Origin: Selaginella moellendorffii | Taxonomy: Eukaryota > Plantae > Lycopodiophyta | Length of the DNA: 64,000 bases | NCBI RefSeq assembly: GCF_000143415.4 | Contig: NW_003314278.1 | Coordinates: forward strand, 512,371-576,370 | Reading direction: 5' to 3' | Shown here: positions 1-12,559 of the stretch, in pieces | Position numbering within the stretch: the stretch's first letter is position 1 | Layout of the letters: every line of letters starts with the position of its first letter | Translations under genes and position numbers: made by a program | The notes under the pieces: model-generated | The model's database searches: none | The model's input: only the letters and a program-made list of their open reading frames with translations | Told to the model about the DNA's origin: nothing

Positions 1-1205
1 TTGTGAGATAACTTTTCCTAAACCCTAAACCGGCTGGAGTTCGTTATATTGGAGTTGATTTTGGTGCATTTTGTAATAATGTCTTGGATTTCTTTCGGAG
101 AGACTCATCCAGAAAGAATTTAAACTTTGATAACCCTAGGGCACAACAACACAAGGTGTATATCCAAACTTTAGTGTAGTGAACATTGTGGAGGAGGAAA
201 TTCATGACTCATTATAGGCTTTATAACATGTTGGGAAAGATAAATGTGTCACATGTAAAGGATGGCTTAAAGTGGAATGCAAACATTGCAAAAAGTCAAT
301 TCCAAAAAATATAGTGATGCCGAGCATAATAAGATACAGGACTTGGTAGGATAACATAATCATCCAAACATTTCGGTTTTGTGCAAATGACATTTGACAT
401 TATTGGACCTATTGTGTGATCTTAAAGGGTTCAGTCGTACTCCACTACAATAGCTAGTTGCTAAAGGTACATTGATAACTTTGGCAAAGCTACACCAATT
501 GCAAAAGGGAGGATTTGTGCTTAAACCCATAGGCTTGGAAACTCCTTTGGAGGATCCAATCCTATCAAAACCTATTCAAGTGGACAAAGAAATCTCAACA
601 CTAACTCCAACATTAATTGTGCTACTTTAGGTAAATGATGTAACACATGTGATTATGAAATGAAATTTAGATATACTGTAATCGTGGATCTTTAAAACCT
701 TAGAAGATAAATAGGGATAAAATAACCATTAAGGGCTTTCTCATCAAATAATTACCCCTTTTCCAATTAGCTTAAAAAGAGAGAAATGGGATATGTTACA
801 AATGATCTTTTAAAAAAAATATTATCTCTTTAGGATTTGCCTCAAAAGACATAAATACACCAATGTCACGAGATGGAATAAAAGTGCCAAGGAAGGTTTT
901 CTCTACTCACATTCAGAAAAGGTTGCAAAGTGCATTGCTAATGAAGGCAACAATTTTAAATGTGGATGACAGTGGAGATAAGGAGGATGTTTTCCTAAAC
1001 AACAATGGGAAAACATATAAGGGGATAATAGGAATGGAACATACATGCAATTCTTTTGATTTATAAAAAGGAGTTCAAAATCAGCAGATCAAAGTTGCAA
1101 GCACATCATTTCCTTATATCTAAACTGATACAAGATTGATATTACAATTGCATAGACAACCTTTTCACAAAACCAAGCTCAAGACATTGTGAGAAGAGTA
1201 GTATA
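1..1205 (+). pseudogene. 3' part of a degenerate MULE-like transposase ending in a SWIM zinc finger
   Basis: Manual translation across stops and frameshifts: KCVTCKGWLKVECKHCKKSI (~240-300), FRFCAND, LVAKGTLITLAKLHQLQKGGFVL (~455-525), then SWIM-like KTYKG/VIIGMEHTCNSFD...SCKHII (~1010-1110). Confidence 0.55.
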
Positions 1206-1353
1206 GATTTCTTGTGTGATTTGATTGTGCATGTGTGATTTCTTTTGTATGCTCATTCTAAATCAAATATATTTTTGTAATAAATATAGATCTAGATATA
1301 TTAATATTAATATTAATAAAGATAATAATACAGATTAATTTAGGTATATACTG

Positions 1354-1400
1354 GTATATTCAGTGTTGTTGCTACCATGTACAAAAAACCATTAAAAGGG
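1354..1400. repeat. putative transposon terminus (TIR-like), copy 1
   Basis: GTATATTCAGT...ACAAAAAACCATTAAAAGGG matches GTATATTCAGT...ACAAAAAACCGTTAAAAGGG at 34024-34081. It lies just downstream of the SWIM-domain remnant. Confidence 0.5.
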
Positions 1401-1559
1401 ACACATGTAATATAATACCTTGTAAGGATATAAGTTTTGTTATAAGCAATCTATAAAACTTCTTCATGTTCTACAAAGATTAATAGTGTTAGATAGAGTA
1501 GAAAGTAAAGATTTATATCAAACCTTAAGTTGATCCAAAGAAGAAAGGAATAGCAGTCA

Positions 1560-2290
1560 ACTCTATCTCTTTTATAGAGAGAGCCATCAAAATGTAAAAC
1601 TATAAGAGTTATTGGAAGATATATTAAGGCCTTTTGTGGGAAACTTAACTTGACAAAGAGAAGTATTTGCCTTTGCTTTAGTTTGCTCACAATAACACTT
1701 ATTAATTGACTACTGGTATATCTCCCTTTATGGCATTATATGGGTATGAGCCTAAGTCTCTCTTGAGTTTAAATTTGGCTTTGGTTTGGGTACCTCATGC
1801 TTATGATTTCTTGGAGGATATGCAAGACAAGTGTGAGTTGGTAAAATTGAACATGAGGCAAGCTCCTTAAGCTATCAGATGCATAACAATCTTTGAAAGG
1901 AGGTGGCAATGTTAAGTTGTCTTTATGGTATTGTGGGTCTTGGACAATTTTACAATGTGTGGGGGATCTTGTATACACTTTGGCCTTGCCAACTCATTCA
2001 AAGATTCATCCAATGTTCCATATAAGCAAGCTTAAACCATATTTACACTCTAGTGATGTTGTGAATTAATCCATCATCTAGGTCTTAGAGATTGATGCTA
2101 AGAAGGCTGGTCTAACCAATATTCTTACTCAAAGATTGGTGAAAACACATTGGAAAATAATTAAAGAGCTGTTAATTCAATGGAATAATTATTCTATAGA
2201 TGAAGTTATATAGGAAACTAAGGATGATATGAAAAGAGTGTTTTTGAGTTTTGGTTATAACTTGGATGACATTCCTAAGGAAGGGGAGAA
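1560..2290 (+). mobile_element. degenerate Ty3/gypsy chromovirus integrase C-terminus, chromodomain and PPT remnant
   Basis: ELLEDILRPFV, KYLPLL*FAHNN, TGISPFMALYGYEP, LPTHSKIHPMFHISKLKP, chromodomain-like KELLIQWNNYSIDE, then purine tract AAGGAAGGGGAGAA at ~2277-2290. Confidence 0.7.
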
Positions 2291-3071
2291 TTAAGTTTTA
2301 TAGTCATAATATTATATGATCTGAGTCATTTGTTCTATTCTCATTCTTTTGTTTCCATGACTATATTATCATGCAAAAAAACTATATTGCTTTCTTTCTT
2401 TCGTGGCCGTTTGTTGCATCCCATTTGCACATCTTTTCTTTATGGTTGTATTACCTTGGACTCCTTTCATATAAGGCTTGTTTAGCTTCTTGAGGCTACC
2501 ATCCATAGTTGGGTTATGAGGGAGGGGAGAATAATACAAACCATTTTAAGAATATTCTATGGCCGGTGGGATTTAAAGCCGTAATGCCTCAAGGGTTGGG
2601 AGGTTGGTCTAGGGTTCGCTCTCTTGTTCGTTTCATTAGAAATGTATTTTTTGCCTCTCTGTCAATTGAACATTGAAGTTCTGTAAGCACCACCATTAGA
2701 AAAAAAAGAAGGCAGAGCACATTCATTGCTTACACTAAGAGTCCAATGATAAAAGCTGGTGATGCTCTCATGGTAGTTTCCTCTTCCATAGGCAGATAAT
2801 GCATGGGAGCCTTGAACAATCTGATGGCTGTAGGATAGTCAGTCTCAAATTAGAACACTGATGTGCATGGTGCCTGATCTATGTATGCCATCATTCCCAA
2901 CTACGTGTGAAGCTGTCACTACCCACTTTCTAGAAACTGTTTTCTAATTTCTATTGCAAGTGCTTGGATTTGACATAACGCCAATTTGCCTAGCTTGTGT
3001 GTTGAAGTGTATCAACCAGCTATTTCTTTGCATTACCGAGTGTGCCACTCTTTCCGGCATAGAGTTCCTGC

Positions 3072-3430
3072 TGTCAAGACCCCCAACAAGATCAAAATTG
3101 GAAAATGTAAAAGACAAAGAGAAAAGCTAGTGGAAACAAAAAAGAGGCCTTATCTAGTGTTGATTCAGATTGTGGAGAAATGGAACAAGGCTAACCTATA
3201 TATATTATAGGTTGATGAAACTCCACCACTCTTGGATCAAAGACGGCCTAATATAACCGAGGTTGAGGAGGCGCCATGTCATCATCAGGAATGTGGCTTG
3301 AGATGCAGGAATTGTACGGGAAATCAGAGAGTCAGGAATAGGGAAGTGTCTCAAGAGTCAAGAATGTGGTCTGCAGGTTAGGAATCCGGCAAGAGTCAGG
3401 AATGTGGCAAGAATTAGGGGATTTCTGACA
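3072..3430 (-). repeat. 3' LTR of the Tcn1-like element (359 bp)
   Basis: Aligns to 8231-8609 but lacks one ~20-bp GAGTCAGGAAT-type unit; adjacent to the PPT. Confidence 0.95.
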
Positions 3431-6400
3431 GCACCCCCTCCTCAAGAACGAGTGGAACGAGAATGTGAATGAGAACAAAGAGGAGGATGAGATGGGCGGC
3501 GAAGGATGGGAGATGGAGAAAAAGAATGAGGACCAAAACGAGAAGGATAGCGGTAGTGGAAGTCTCGAACAAGGTCAAGAGAATGAATCAAGTTGTCCGC
3601 AAGTTCCTAAGTGCATTCCTCAAGTCCGTAACCCTTCCAGTCTACCAGATAGTAGAGTTTAGACCGTGAGATCTTGGTCCTAAACCTTGTACTCAGACCC
3701 ATCCTCGAGCTGCACTAGTGGAGGTGAAGGAATAACCCGATTTGGAATAGGATTGGGAATATAAGGCTCAAGGAGAGAGGAGTGAAAAATGGGGTGAATT
3801 TGATATGGGGAAGGAAGTGCAAGGTGATAAGTGATAGAATTAATGATGGCAATGATAGGGAAAGGACTAAGGCATTTGAAATCAAGTTTGGGACATGGTT
3901 TGGTGGTGGAGATATTTCACCTGAGGAGCTAGACTTTATCCCCGATATTGTAAGGGGGACAATCCTGACGATGGATATTGGTAAATGTTTTGTGAGATTT
4001 CTAAGCACGATGGAGGTGGAAGGAGATGGAGTTGTGGATTTCCTGGAGGTTGGAGACAAATGCCTCAGAGTGGGGATTTGAACGAGAGGATTCGGATGGA
4101 GAAGGAAGTGAGAGATTGAATTGGGGATTTCAGCTAGAGTTTCCAAAGAAAGGAGAAACTCAAAGGGAGGAGTGAATAGAATTGTTATAAGAGAATTAAG
4201 CAAGGGGAAGGATATCGAACCAATCGTCCTAATGATAGTTAATGAAGCACCTCAGGAATTATTCCAATGTCTGAATCGTTCACTTGGACTATCTATCAGT
4301 TTGAGGATGATACACTGAAGAGAGGTTGGCCTTCACTCCAAGCAGCTGTAAGAACCGTTGCTAGAAATGAGAGATGAACTGAGGTCCCCGATCCGAAACC
4401 ACATCTACAGGAATCCTATGAAGTCGGAAAATTTCTTTGAATACCAGTTTTCCCATGTCCTTGCCCGAAAACTCCTTGGTACACAGCAAGAAGTGTGCCA
4501 TCTTTGTGAAGCGATCCACCACGACTAAAATGCTCTTGAAGCCTCCAGAACTCCAAAGATCACTCAAGAAATCCATAGAGATGGATTCCCAAGGACATGA
4601 AGGGACCGGGAGAGAATGAAGCAAACCTAAAGGAAGGTGGCAAGGTACCTTATTTTTGGCACAAGTGTTATAGGAGGTAACAAAAGCTTTGATGTAGTCG
4701 TTCATGTGAGGCCACTAAAAGTCCTGTGCAACCAGCTCATAGGTTTTCGCAATGCCGAAGTGACCAGTAGTCGGGTTATCGTGGCATACCATCAGGACCA
4801 ACCTTTGAGCATCACCTTCAGGAACATAAAGTTGCTCCCCATGGTACAACAAGCCATTTAAGAACTCAAACTTGTCAAGTCGCCGACAGTCGGGAGTCAC
4901 TGGGTGTCCAGCCTGAAGATGGGGGAAAATATCGCTAGCGAGGTCGTCGAATTGAAGATTGTTTCCGATTGCATCCATCAAGGAGGAGTTCTAAGGGGCC
5001 AGGGAAATTGCCATAACTTGAAGCTGATTAGGACTGAGGATAACCTAATCATGTTGATTGAAGGCAAGATTACCAGGCCTGAGACTGAGATAGGAGTGCC
5101 TTGAAAGAGCATCAAGAAGGCTTTGAAGCTTTCTAGGTCTGTACTTGATAACAAAGTCAAATTGACTCAGGAATTCTACCCACCTTGCCTGACGACAGCT
5201 CAAAACTCAGGAGGTGGCAAAGTACTCGAGATTTTTGTGATCCATCCAGACCGTTGTTTGATGGCTTTCCCCCTCCAAGAAACAATGCCACTCTCCAAAG
5301 AATCCATGATGGCAAGGAGCTCCTTATCATGGATTTCGTAATTGATCTCCGCAGGTTGGATTTTCCGAGATGAAAAGCGACCGGATGAAATTCCTAATCC
5401 GCTCCAAATTGAGACAGCATAGCACTGATGGCATTGTCGAAGGCGTCAGCCTCAATGAAGAAAGGTTGTGAGGGATCAGTATGGGTTAAGATGGGAATAG
5501 AATTGAAGGCTACCTTGAGTGTGTCGAAGGCCTGCTGGGCAGCAGTAGACCAAGAGAAGGGAACATCCTTGCGAGTGAAATGCATGAGAGGAAGGACAAT
5601 GTTAGAGTAGTGATCAATGAATTTGCGATAGAAGTTGGTGAAGCCAAGGAAAACCTGAATGTTCGACATTGATTGTGGAGGCTCCCATTAGAGAATAGTC
5701 TTGACTTTGGTAGGATCTATCGTGATATCCTCAGAAGTGACAATGTACCCAAGGAACTCCACAGACTCCTGATTGAAGGAACATTTCTCAAGCTTCACAT
5801 ATAGGCCGTGTTCCCACAGCTATGCTAGCACCTTGTGCACATGCTCGTTGTTCTCCTTCTGATTTTTTGAGTAGATGAGGATGTCATCTAGGTAGACAAT
5901 CACCATCTGATCAAGAAAATCCCAATAGACGTCGTTCACCATATGTTGGAAAACTGCTGGAGCATTTGTCAAGCCAAATGGCATGACAGTGTACTCAAAG
6001 TGGCCATAGCGGGTTCGAAATGCAGTCTTTCATTCATCGCCAGGCCGGATCCGGATCAGGTTGTATGCTCCACGGAGGTTGATCTTGGTGAAGAAGCAGG
6101 CACTGCTGAGGCGTTCTAACAGGTCCGAGATCAGGGGTAGTGGATAACGGTTCTGAACAGTCACCTTGTTCAAACCTCGGTAGTTGATGACTAGTCACAA
6201 ACTCCCATCCTTTTTCTTGACAAAGAAGATAGGCACTCTAGCTGAGGATTGTGAATGTTGAATGTACCCCGAGGCAAGGTTGTTAGTCATGTCCTCTTTG
6301 AGGGCCTTAAGCTCGGACGAGGATAACCTGTAGATAGGCCCCCATGGAGGTGATGCTCCTTCTTGTAAATCAATAGGACAGTCATAAGGCTGATGAACAG

Positions 6401-8212
6401 GTAGTACACTAGCTTTTTTTATTGTCAAACACATCCTCAAAATCATGATACTTCTCAGGAAGACTGACAGGAGAAACATGCAAAGCAAAAAGGAAAATAG
6501 GTTCTTCATGAAGGAGTTCTTTCATAGTGATTGTGGAGATAGGAGGAGGTGTACGACTAAATGGAATGATGAGATGAAGATACTGTCCAGTGTAAGATGG
6601 AAGGGAAGGAAAAGAAGAGGGTGAAAACTTCGTAGAGTTAGGAACAAAACCCCAATTTGTGTTGAGGGAACTGTTCCTTGGTTAGACTCAATGAATAGTA
6701 GGGAAAGCCATGGGAGATGGTGACGTGGGAGAGACAAGCTGTAATTCCTTCCAACATATCTGAGGCCGATGTAGTTGGAACCAAGGAAGGCCGAGCACCA
6801 TAGAGGAGGACTTGTTGTTGATGATGTTGAAGTCGATATTGGTGACGGTGGACCCAATGTGTACTCGAATGGGCAACGTTTCCCTAAGTCCAAAAGATGG
6901 AGACACAAAATGCCCACTGATGCCTTCAACCCTCAGATCCTGTATGGTAGGAGAAAGAGGAACGTGATGTCAGGCAGCAAAGTTCATGTCTATGAAGCAG
7001 GATGTTGCACCCGAGTCTAGCAACACCAGAGCCTTAAGTCCTGATTGTCCAATGAAAGAAAGGAGACATGGGATGCAGAAGTTACGGGAATTGGTGGTGG
7101 CTTTGATGAAAGGTGGTGAGGAGCTTGATAAAGAAGAAAAGTGATTTTTATTCAGGGAGTCCAAACAGACAGCTCCTACTCTATTTGGATAGGATCGTTT
7201 CCCGACTACAACAGAGGTGGACCTTGAGGCAGAGTGAACTTGAGCAGTTAGGGAGGCTTCATGGGACACACTGATTAGGATCAACACAGTAGAGGCAAAG
7301 ATTATGAGATATTCGACGTTGCTTCTCAGCGGGACTCAACTTCCCTTTGATGAGTTGGGGAGTACCAAAAATATCGGGATCGGAGTAGTAAGTTCAGGAG
7401 TATGCCCTGAAGACTCAAGTTGGGATTCCTGAGTTTGGGACAGGAAAACGGCAACGCGGTGACTTTTTTGACAACGTTCAAAGAGACGATTGTCGCATCG
7501 AACAGTTTTGTTGATGGCGTCTAACAGGTCTATGGGATCCTCCATGGTGAGCAACAAATCCTTGACACCGTTATTGAAGCCGAAATGAAATTAATCAATC
7601 AAGGCCCCCTCATCCCACTGAGTGTCCAAAGTAAGGAGTTGGAACTCTACAGCATAGATCGAGGTAGGACGAGACCCCTGAGAGAGACATCTCATCTTCA
7701 TGGTGGTAGCCCAAACTTGATCTGTCTCGCCAAAACATGCTTCGAGCTTCTCTTTGAACAACTGAAGATCCATCAGCTCCAGAACCACGACCCTTTTCAT
7801 GCTCTTCTCCAGGAGAGGAGAAAACCATGACAAAGCTGCACCTTCGAGCAACATCTTCATTGCGCCGATTTGAGACTCGGGAGTGGGGTACCGCCAATGT
7901 TGAAGTGCGAAGATTACCTCCATCTGGTTCAAGAATCCGCAAAGCTTCGAACGCTTGCCTGAAAATTTCACCGGGAAACTCACCTTCGGTTTAGGAACTT
8001 TGCTGGATTCTTGAGACGAAAGTGAAGCAAGCTCCTGCTGCATGCAAAGAAGGGTCGCCTTCAGCTCAGTATTCTCAGACTGGATTTTTGCAAGGACTTC
8101 GGCAAAGAAATCAGGATGGCTTGGAGACTCCATCAGCAAAGAAGAAAGAAAAAAGGGGGAAAAAGGCAAAGGCAGTTAAACAATCAAAATGAGTTAAAGC
8201 AAAAATAAAAAA

Positions 8213-8228
8213 CCACAATCTGAATCAA
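8213..8228 (-). promoter_or_regulatory. self-priming PBS (not tRNA-complementary)
   Basis: CCACAATCTGAATCAA (8213-8228) is the exact reverse complement of LTR 8320-8335, which lies ~30 nt downstream of the TATA on the element strand. No TGG start. Confidence 0.8.
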
Positions 8229-8230
8229 AT

Positions 8231-8609
8231 TGTCAAGACCCCCAACAAGATCAAGACTGAAAAATGCAAAAGATAAAGAGAAAAGCTAGTGGAAACGAAG
8301 AAAAGGCCTTAGACTAGTGTTGATTCAGATTGTGGAGAAATGGAACAAAGCTAACCTATATATACTATAGGTTGATGAAGCTCCACCACTTTTGGATCGA
8401 AGACAGCCTAAATATAGCTGAGGTCAAGGAGGTGCCACATCATCATCAGGAATGTGGCTCAAGATGCAGGAATTGTATGGGAAATCAGAGAGTCAGGAAT
8501 AGGGAAGTATCTCGAGAGTCAGGAATCTGGCAAGAGTCAGGAATGTGGTTTGTAGGTCAGGAATCCGGTGAGAGTCAGGAATGTGGCAAGAATTGGGGGA
8601 TTCCTAACA
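8231..8609 (-). repeat. 5' LTR of the Tcn1-like element (379 bp)
   Basis: TGTCAAGAC...TTCCTAACA on the + strand; TATATATA at 8357-8364. Confidence 0.95.
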
Positions 8610-10452
8610 TCTGCAAACTAGACTAACATACCTTCCTTCTTAGAACTGCTTGTAGGTGATGCATTGTAGTAGTGCCTTAGATAGATTGTCGTAACAAACA
8701 TCATACAAGCTTATGTTTGTTTTAAAACCCCTTCTAGCCAGCCAACTCGCATGTTTCATCTCTGAGTGGTTCATGTTTGGTATGAATGTCACTTCATCAT
8801 GCACTTTATTTTATAGTGAACTATTAAAAACCTTCATCATTAAAAAATTAATTAGGCCCAAACCTTGAAAATGAAGTTGTCCCATCTTGCTATATAGGCA
8901 TACTACCATGCAATAAATGAGCAAAGGTGCTTTATGTCTTTCTTGATGGTTTTCCTTTTCCACCACTATTATATATGTTGGAAAAACTCTTCAACCTCCT
9001 CTATTCCTGCCATTTCCCACCTCTAACAAATGTCCAAGTGTTCTTGTTGATAATCTTGTGCAATGTATTTTTTTATATGCATTTGCAGGCTCAGCTTAAA
9101 GTGGAATGCAAAGTGTTCTTTTTTTGTGCATTGGAATCCTCCAAATTACATGTCATGAATAGTATTCCAATTAGCCCTTGCTTTAGCTGCCATAAATCTT
9201 GTAAAAGACTTATCTAAAGCTAGTAAATAAGGTTCTGTACTTGGAAAAGATGGAATTGAATCTGTCTCATGATAGTAAACTTGGTTAAGTAGTGTCTAAA
9301 ATAACTTTTGGGTGGGGTAGTCTTCCTTCTTGAACTTGCATATTGCAATAGTTAATAACTTTTATAGTCTATAAAGCAATATCTATTAGAAATTATGTGG
9401 TTGTAATGAAAACTTACTTATAGATCATATACATGAGTGTCTATAGTTGCCCACCCTTTAACACAATAACAAAAGTCAAAGTGTACCAAAGAGTTTTGGA
9501 GGTCTCCTCATTGTTGCATCCTACAGACAAAGTCCGCACCATTACCTCCTTTGGTTTACATTTTCGTCATGTGACAACATTACTCCACTTCATCGCTTAC
9601 TTGAAATGACAATAAGGATCCCTAGAAGAAATATATCTTTACATGCTGTGCCAAATATTAAATGCTATTGAACTCATCCTCATTTGGTCAAAGTTCACTC
9701 TGAACCTTATAAACCCAACATCTCAACCTACATATACAATATTGTTAATAAGTAGAAAAACCATTAGAAGCAATTCAATATTAAGTACTTTTGTTATCTC
9801 CAATGTCTCCCATTAGGTTGAATAGATCTTTGAGCTCCTTCTCAGTCAAATGCTTGCAGCTACCATTTGAGTTTGAGAAAAGCTCTTTTGCTATGACATC
9901 CTTAATGATCAAATATGTAATTGATCTTGAGCCTTTCATTATTCTTGACCTCTCCTCAATCATTGCTCAAAGCTCCTCATAATTTTGTCTATTTCTCCTT
10001 AATGGAACATCATGTTTGTGGTACCTATAATGTATAGCAAGCCTCATGTACTTGGTGTTGTGAGGCTAGCAGTAGTACATTTTGCAACTATATATTTCTA
10101 AACAAATCAAATGTTATTTATAGTATAAAGACCTTAATGACCCTACTTCACCCTTTTTTATGTATGTGGTCTCCTGCACATATTTGGAAACTCTTGCATC
10201 TTTAGGTGAGGTTGTGGCAATTGTTCCTGTCTAGTCTTGTGTGTTTATTTTTCTTGTAGACTGGTAGAAATTGTAAAAGGAGTTATTATAAGACACTATG
10301 CCTGTACACTGTGAAGCTATCATATGCCTTGAAAACTATATTATTATTGTCTTCTCGACCCATGTCAAGCCAAAGCATACTCCTATGCCTGAGGTTGGTG
10401 GTGTTGCTACTAGCAGCTCAAAAGCTAGATACCCATTGTATTGAAGGGGCAG

Positions 10453-11300
10453 TGTAAAGAACCAACTTCTTGAAGTGTTATATGCTAATAGATCCCAAAA
10501 CCCACGACCAAAATGATAAAAAGTTCTTTGGATGAGACTAAGTCTGAGGCCAACTCCAAGACCAAGTTGAGACTGAATTCAAGATTGAGAGTAGAAATAA
10601 TGAAGTCTAGAAACAAATTTTGAAGGAGCTCTCTAATGGTGTTTTCAAACTAGCTTGAGGTTGAGATTGGGGGTTATAAGCTTTGTGTGGGAGTGAGTAT
10701 GGACACAAGTGGTACTAGATGCCACCCAAGGAAGTGCTCAAGAGCAACTCCCACTCTTGGAGGGGAAATTGACTATGGTGCTCTTAGCTCATGTGGAATG
10801 GTGCCCCACTTGAGTATCTTACGGCTCATTGGTCTTCATTCCCTAGGGGCTTAGGCCTTCTCTTCAGGATGATAGTGGGGGTAGGGGTACCCATACCGGG
10901 TCGTTAGGCTACAGTGTTTCCTCTTACAAGCAAATGATGCATTAAAGGCTTGGGATTTAAAAGGTTTTATAATTAAGTCTTATTATACTAAGGGATGTTA
11001 AGAATTTAGAGGCTTGGTGTGCTTGGTTATTTGTGCCTTCGGAAAGTGTAGCCAAACCTTAAGTTTAGTCTAACCCAAAGAGGGGGATTGTGAAAGAATT
11101 TGAGAGTTTGTGGATAGATGGCTAACACTTTGTAGTTCGTGTAGTGAGTAGCTGAAACCAAGTAAAACCAAGTAAAACCAAGTAAAAGCTAGTACAATAG
11201 ATAGGAACCATGGCAAAAAATTTTAACTAAGGTTAAAATAATAGTGGTTCAATAAACGAAGTAAGCTAGCAAATTGGAAATGAATAATTTATAAATTACA
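10453..11300. mobile_element. solo LTR (family B), old copy
   Basis: TGTAA...TTACA ends; homologous along its length to the reverse complement of 24642-25994; degenerate TSD GGCAG/TGCAA; interrupts the transposase reading frame. Confidence 0.8.
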
Positions 11301-12559
11301 TGCAACTCCTTTACTCTCTCAATTTGGCTATAGTTTAGCATCTACCTCAATTTGCATCAATCTTTTATCTCTCTAATGATAGAAATTATTAATAAATCTT
11401 TTAGTTTCTCAATCTTGATTTCCATAAGGAACTGCATATTGTCTTCCTTATCATCATTGATAAGGATGTTTTCACCCACTACAACTCTTGGCCTGAAAGA
11501 AACATAAGAAAATTTACCATTCTTAATATTTAAAATAACATAGAAGTTCTTGAAGAAGATGCTTATATGGCTTCAATTATAGTATTAGCTTCTCTTAACT
11601 TTTGGATGATGTTGTTGACACTCGACTCTTCTCTTTGTAACCTCTCATAAATGTCACTTAAATCAAGTCTAACACTATTGGATTGGTTGTGAAAAACTTG
11701 CCACCCTCATTATCACAAAGGAAGATTGACATTAAGAATGGTAAACCTTTCTTCTAAGGGGATTGTTTTCTTTTTTAAATTTGAAATGAATTTAGATGTT
11801 GGTGTTTCAACACTGAAGCATTATTAATACAGGAATTATTCTATTGAAAGTGCCACTTTTTTTGTATATTAGCGGCAAAGCATCATAATAAACAATGATA
11901 GTTTTACTATTGCAATCATAATTAATGTATTGAGCATCAATTCAAATAAGCGGCTAGGATTCTTCCTACCAATCTAACATTCCTTGATTGGCAATATGAT
12001 TTAGGTTTAGGGTTTTTCTGTTTGTGCTGGCCAGAAAGTTAAAGCACTTAGAGTTAATGGCAATGACTCATTCCTCACAAAATAAAGAGTTTTATTTTCT
12101 CACCCAGCATAGAAAGCCACACAAAGACGTTGGGAAGAAGCACACAAGGAAGATGTTACAAGAATAAAGGGAGGACATTGGTGAGGGGAACATTTGTTGT
12201 GCTCAATCGCCTTCTCACTCGCCTCCATCTCATTCTTTTGCTCTTCCCTTGACTTTGTATCATTCTTCTCTTCCATCACCTTTTTATCTCCTCTACCTTC
12301 ATCTTTGCATCCTCGTAGTTCTTGTTTTCCATCACCTTCTTCTCATAGTTCTTATTCTCCTCATGTTTTATCATGCATTATGCCTTCTTCATCTATGTTA
12401 CCCTCTTTACCCTCTTCTTTAGTGCTACCCTCTTTGTTTGCTTTACACTTTTCATAGATTGTTGTAGCATCCAAGGATGTTCTTCCTGAGTCAATGGATA
12501 GAGGAGATGTAGGGAAGACAAAGATAGGTCTTGTGAAGAGGGGCTCTACTGCTAAAAAA

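Larger units (their letters stand above)
3072..8609 (-). mobile_element. full-length degenerate Ty3/gypsy chromovirus (Tcn1-like)
   Basis: Direct LTRs 3072-3430 and 8231-8609 (TG..CA), near-perfect 5-bp TSD CCTGC/TCTGC, PPT (rc of GCACCCCCTCCTC) at 3431-3443. Gag PKVSFPVKFSGKRSKL (7591-8169), protease LLDSGATSCFID (~7000), RT YLDD (~5885-5895), RNase H EADA, integrase SDRGPQF, chromodomain KLYYLVDWKGYGLEECT*E (~3600-3665). Many stops and frameshifts. Confidence 0.95.
2700..11800 (-). pseudogene. degenerate MULE/MuDR-like DDE transposase, interrupted by the 3072-8609 and 10453-11300 LTR insertions
   Basis: Minus-strand motifs in order: VKELP|LQYNGYLAFEL across the solo LTR, CKMYY...RLAIHYRYHKH (~10010-10090), RMQQ*GDLQNSLVHFDFCYCVKGWATIDTHVYD (~9425-9525), KLLTIAICKFKKED, FMAAKARANWN (~9165-9198), AFHFKLSL (~9090-9110), SFIAW*YAYIARWDNF, NHSEMKHASWLA (~8735-8772). 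These fit the D..D..CxxH..E layout. Many stops; ends approximate. Confidence 0.7.

Noticed and set aside
265-283. 19-bp match GCTTAAAGTGGAATGCAAA to ~9094-9112
   Set aside because: The two sites encode different parts of oppositely oriented genes and similarity does not extend; treated as chance.
863-1066. IIGMEHTCNSF as a decayed retroviral protease motif
   Set aside because: The downstream CKH and upstream MULE-like motifs fit a SWIM zinc finger better.
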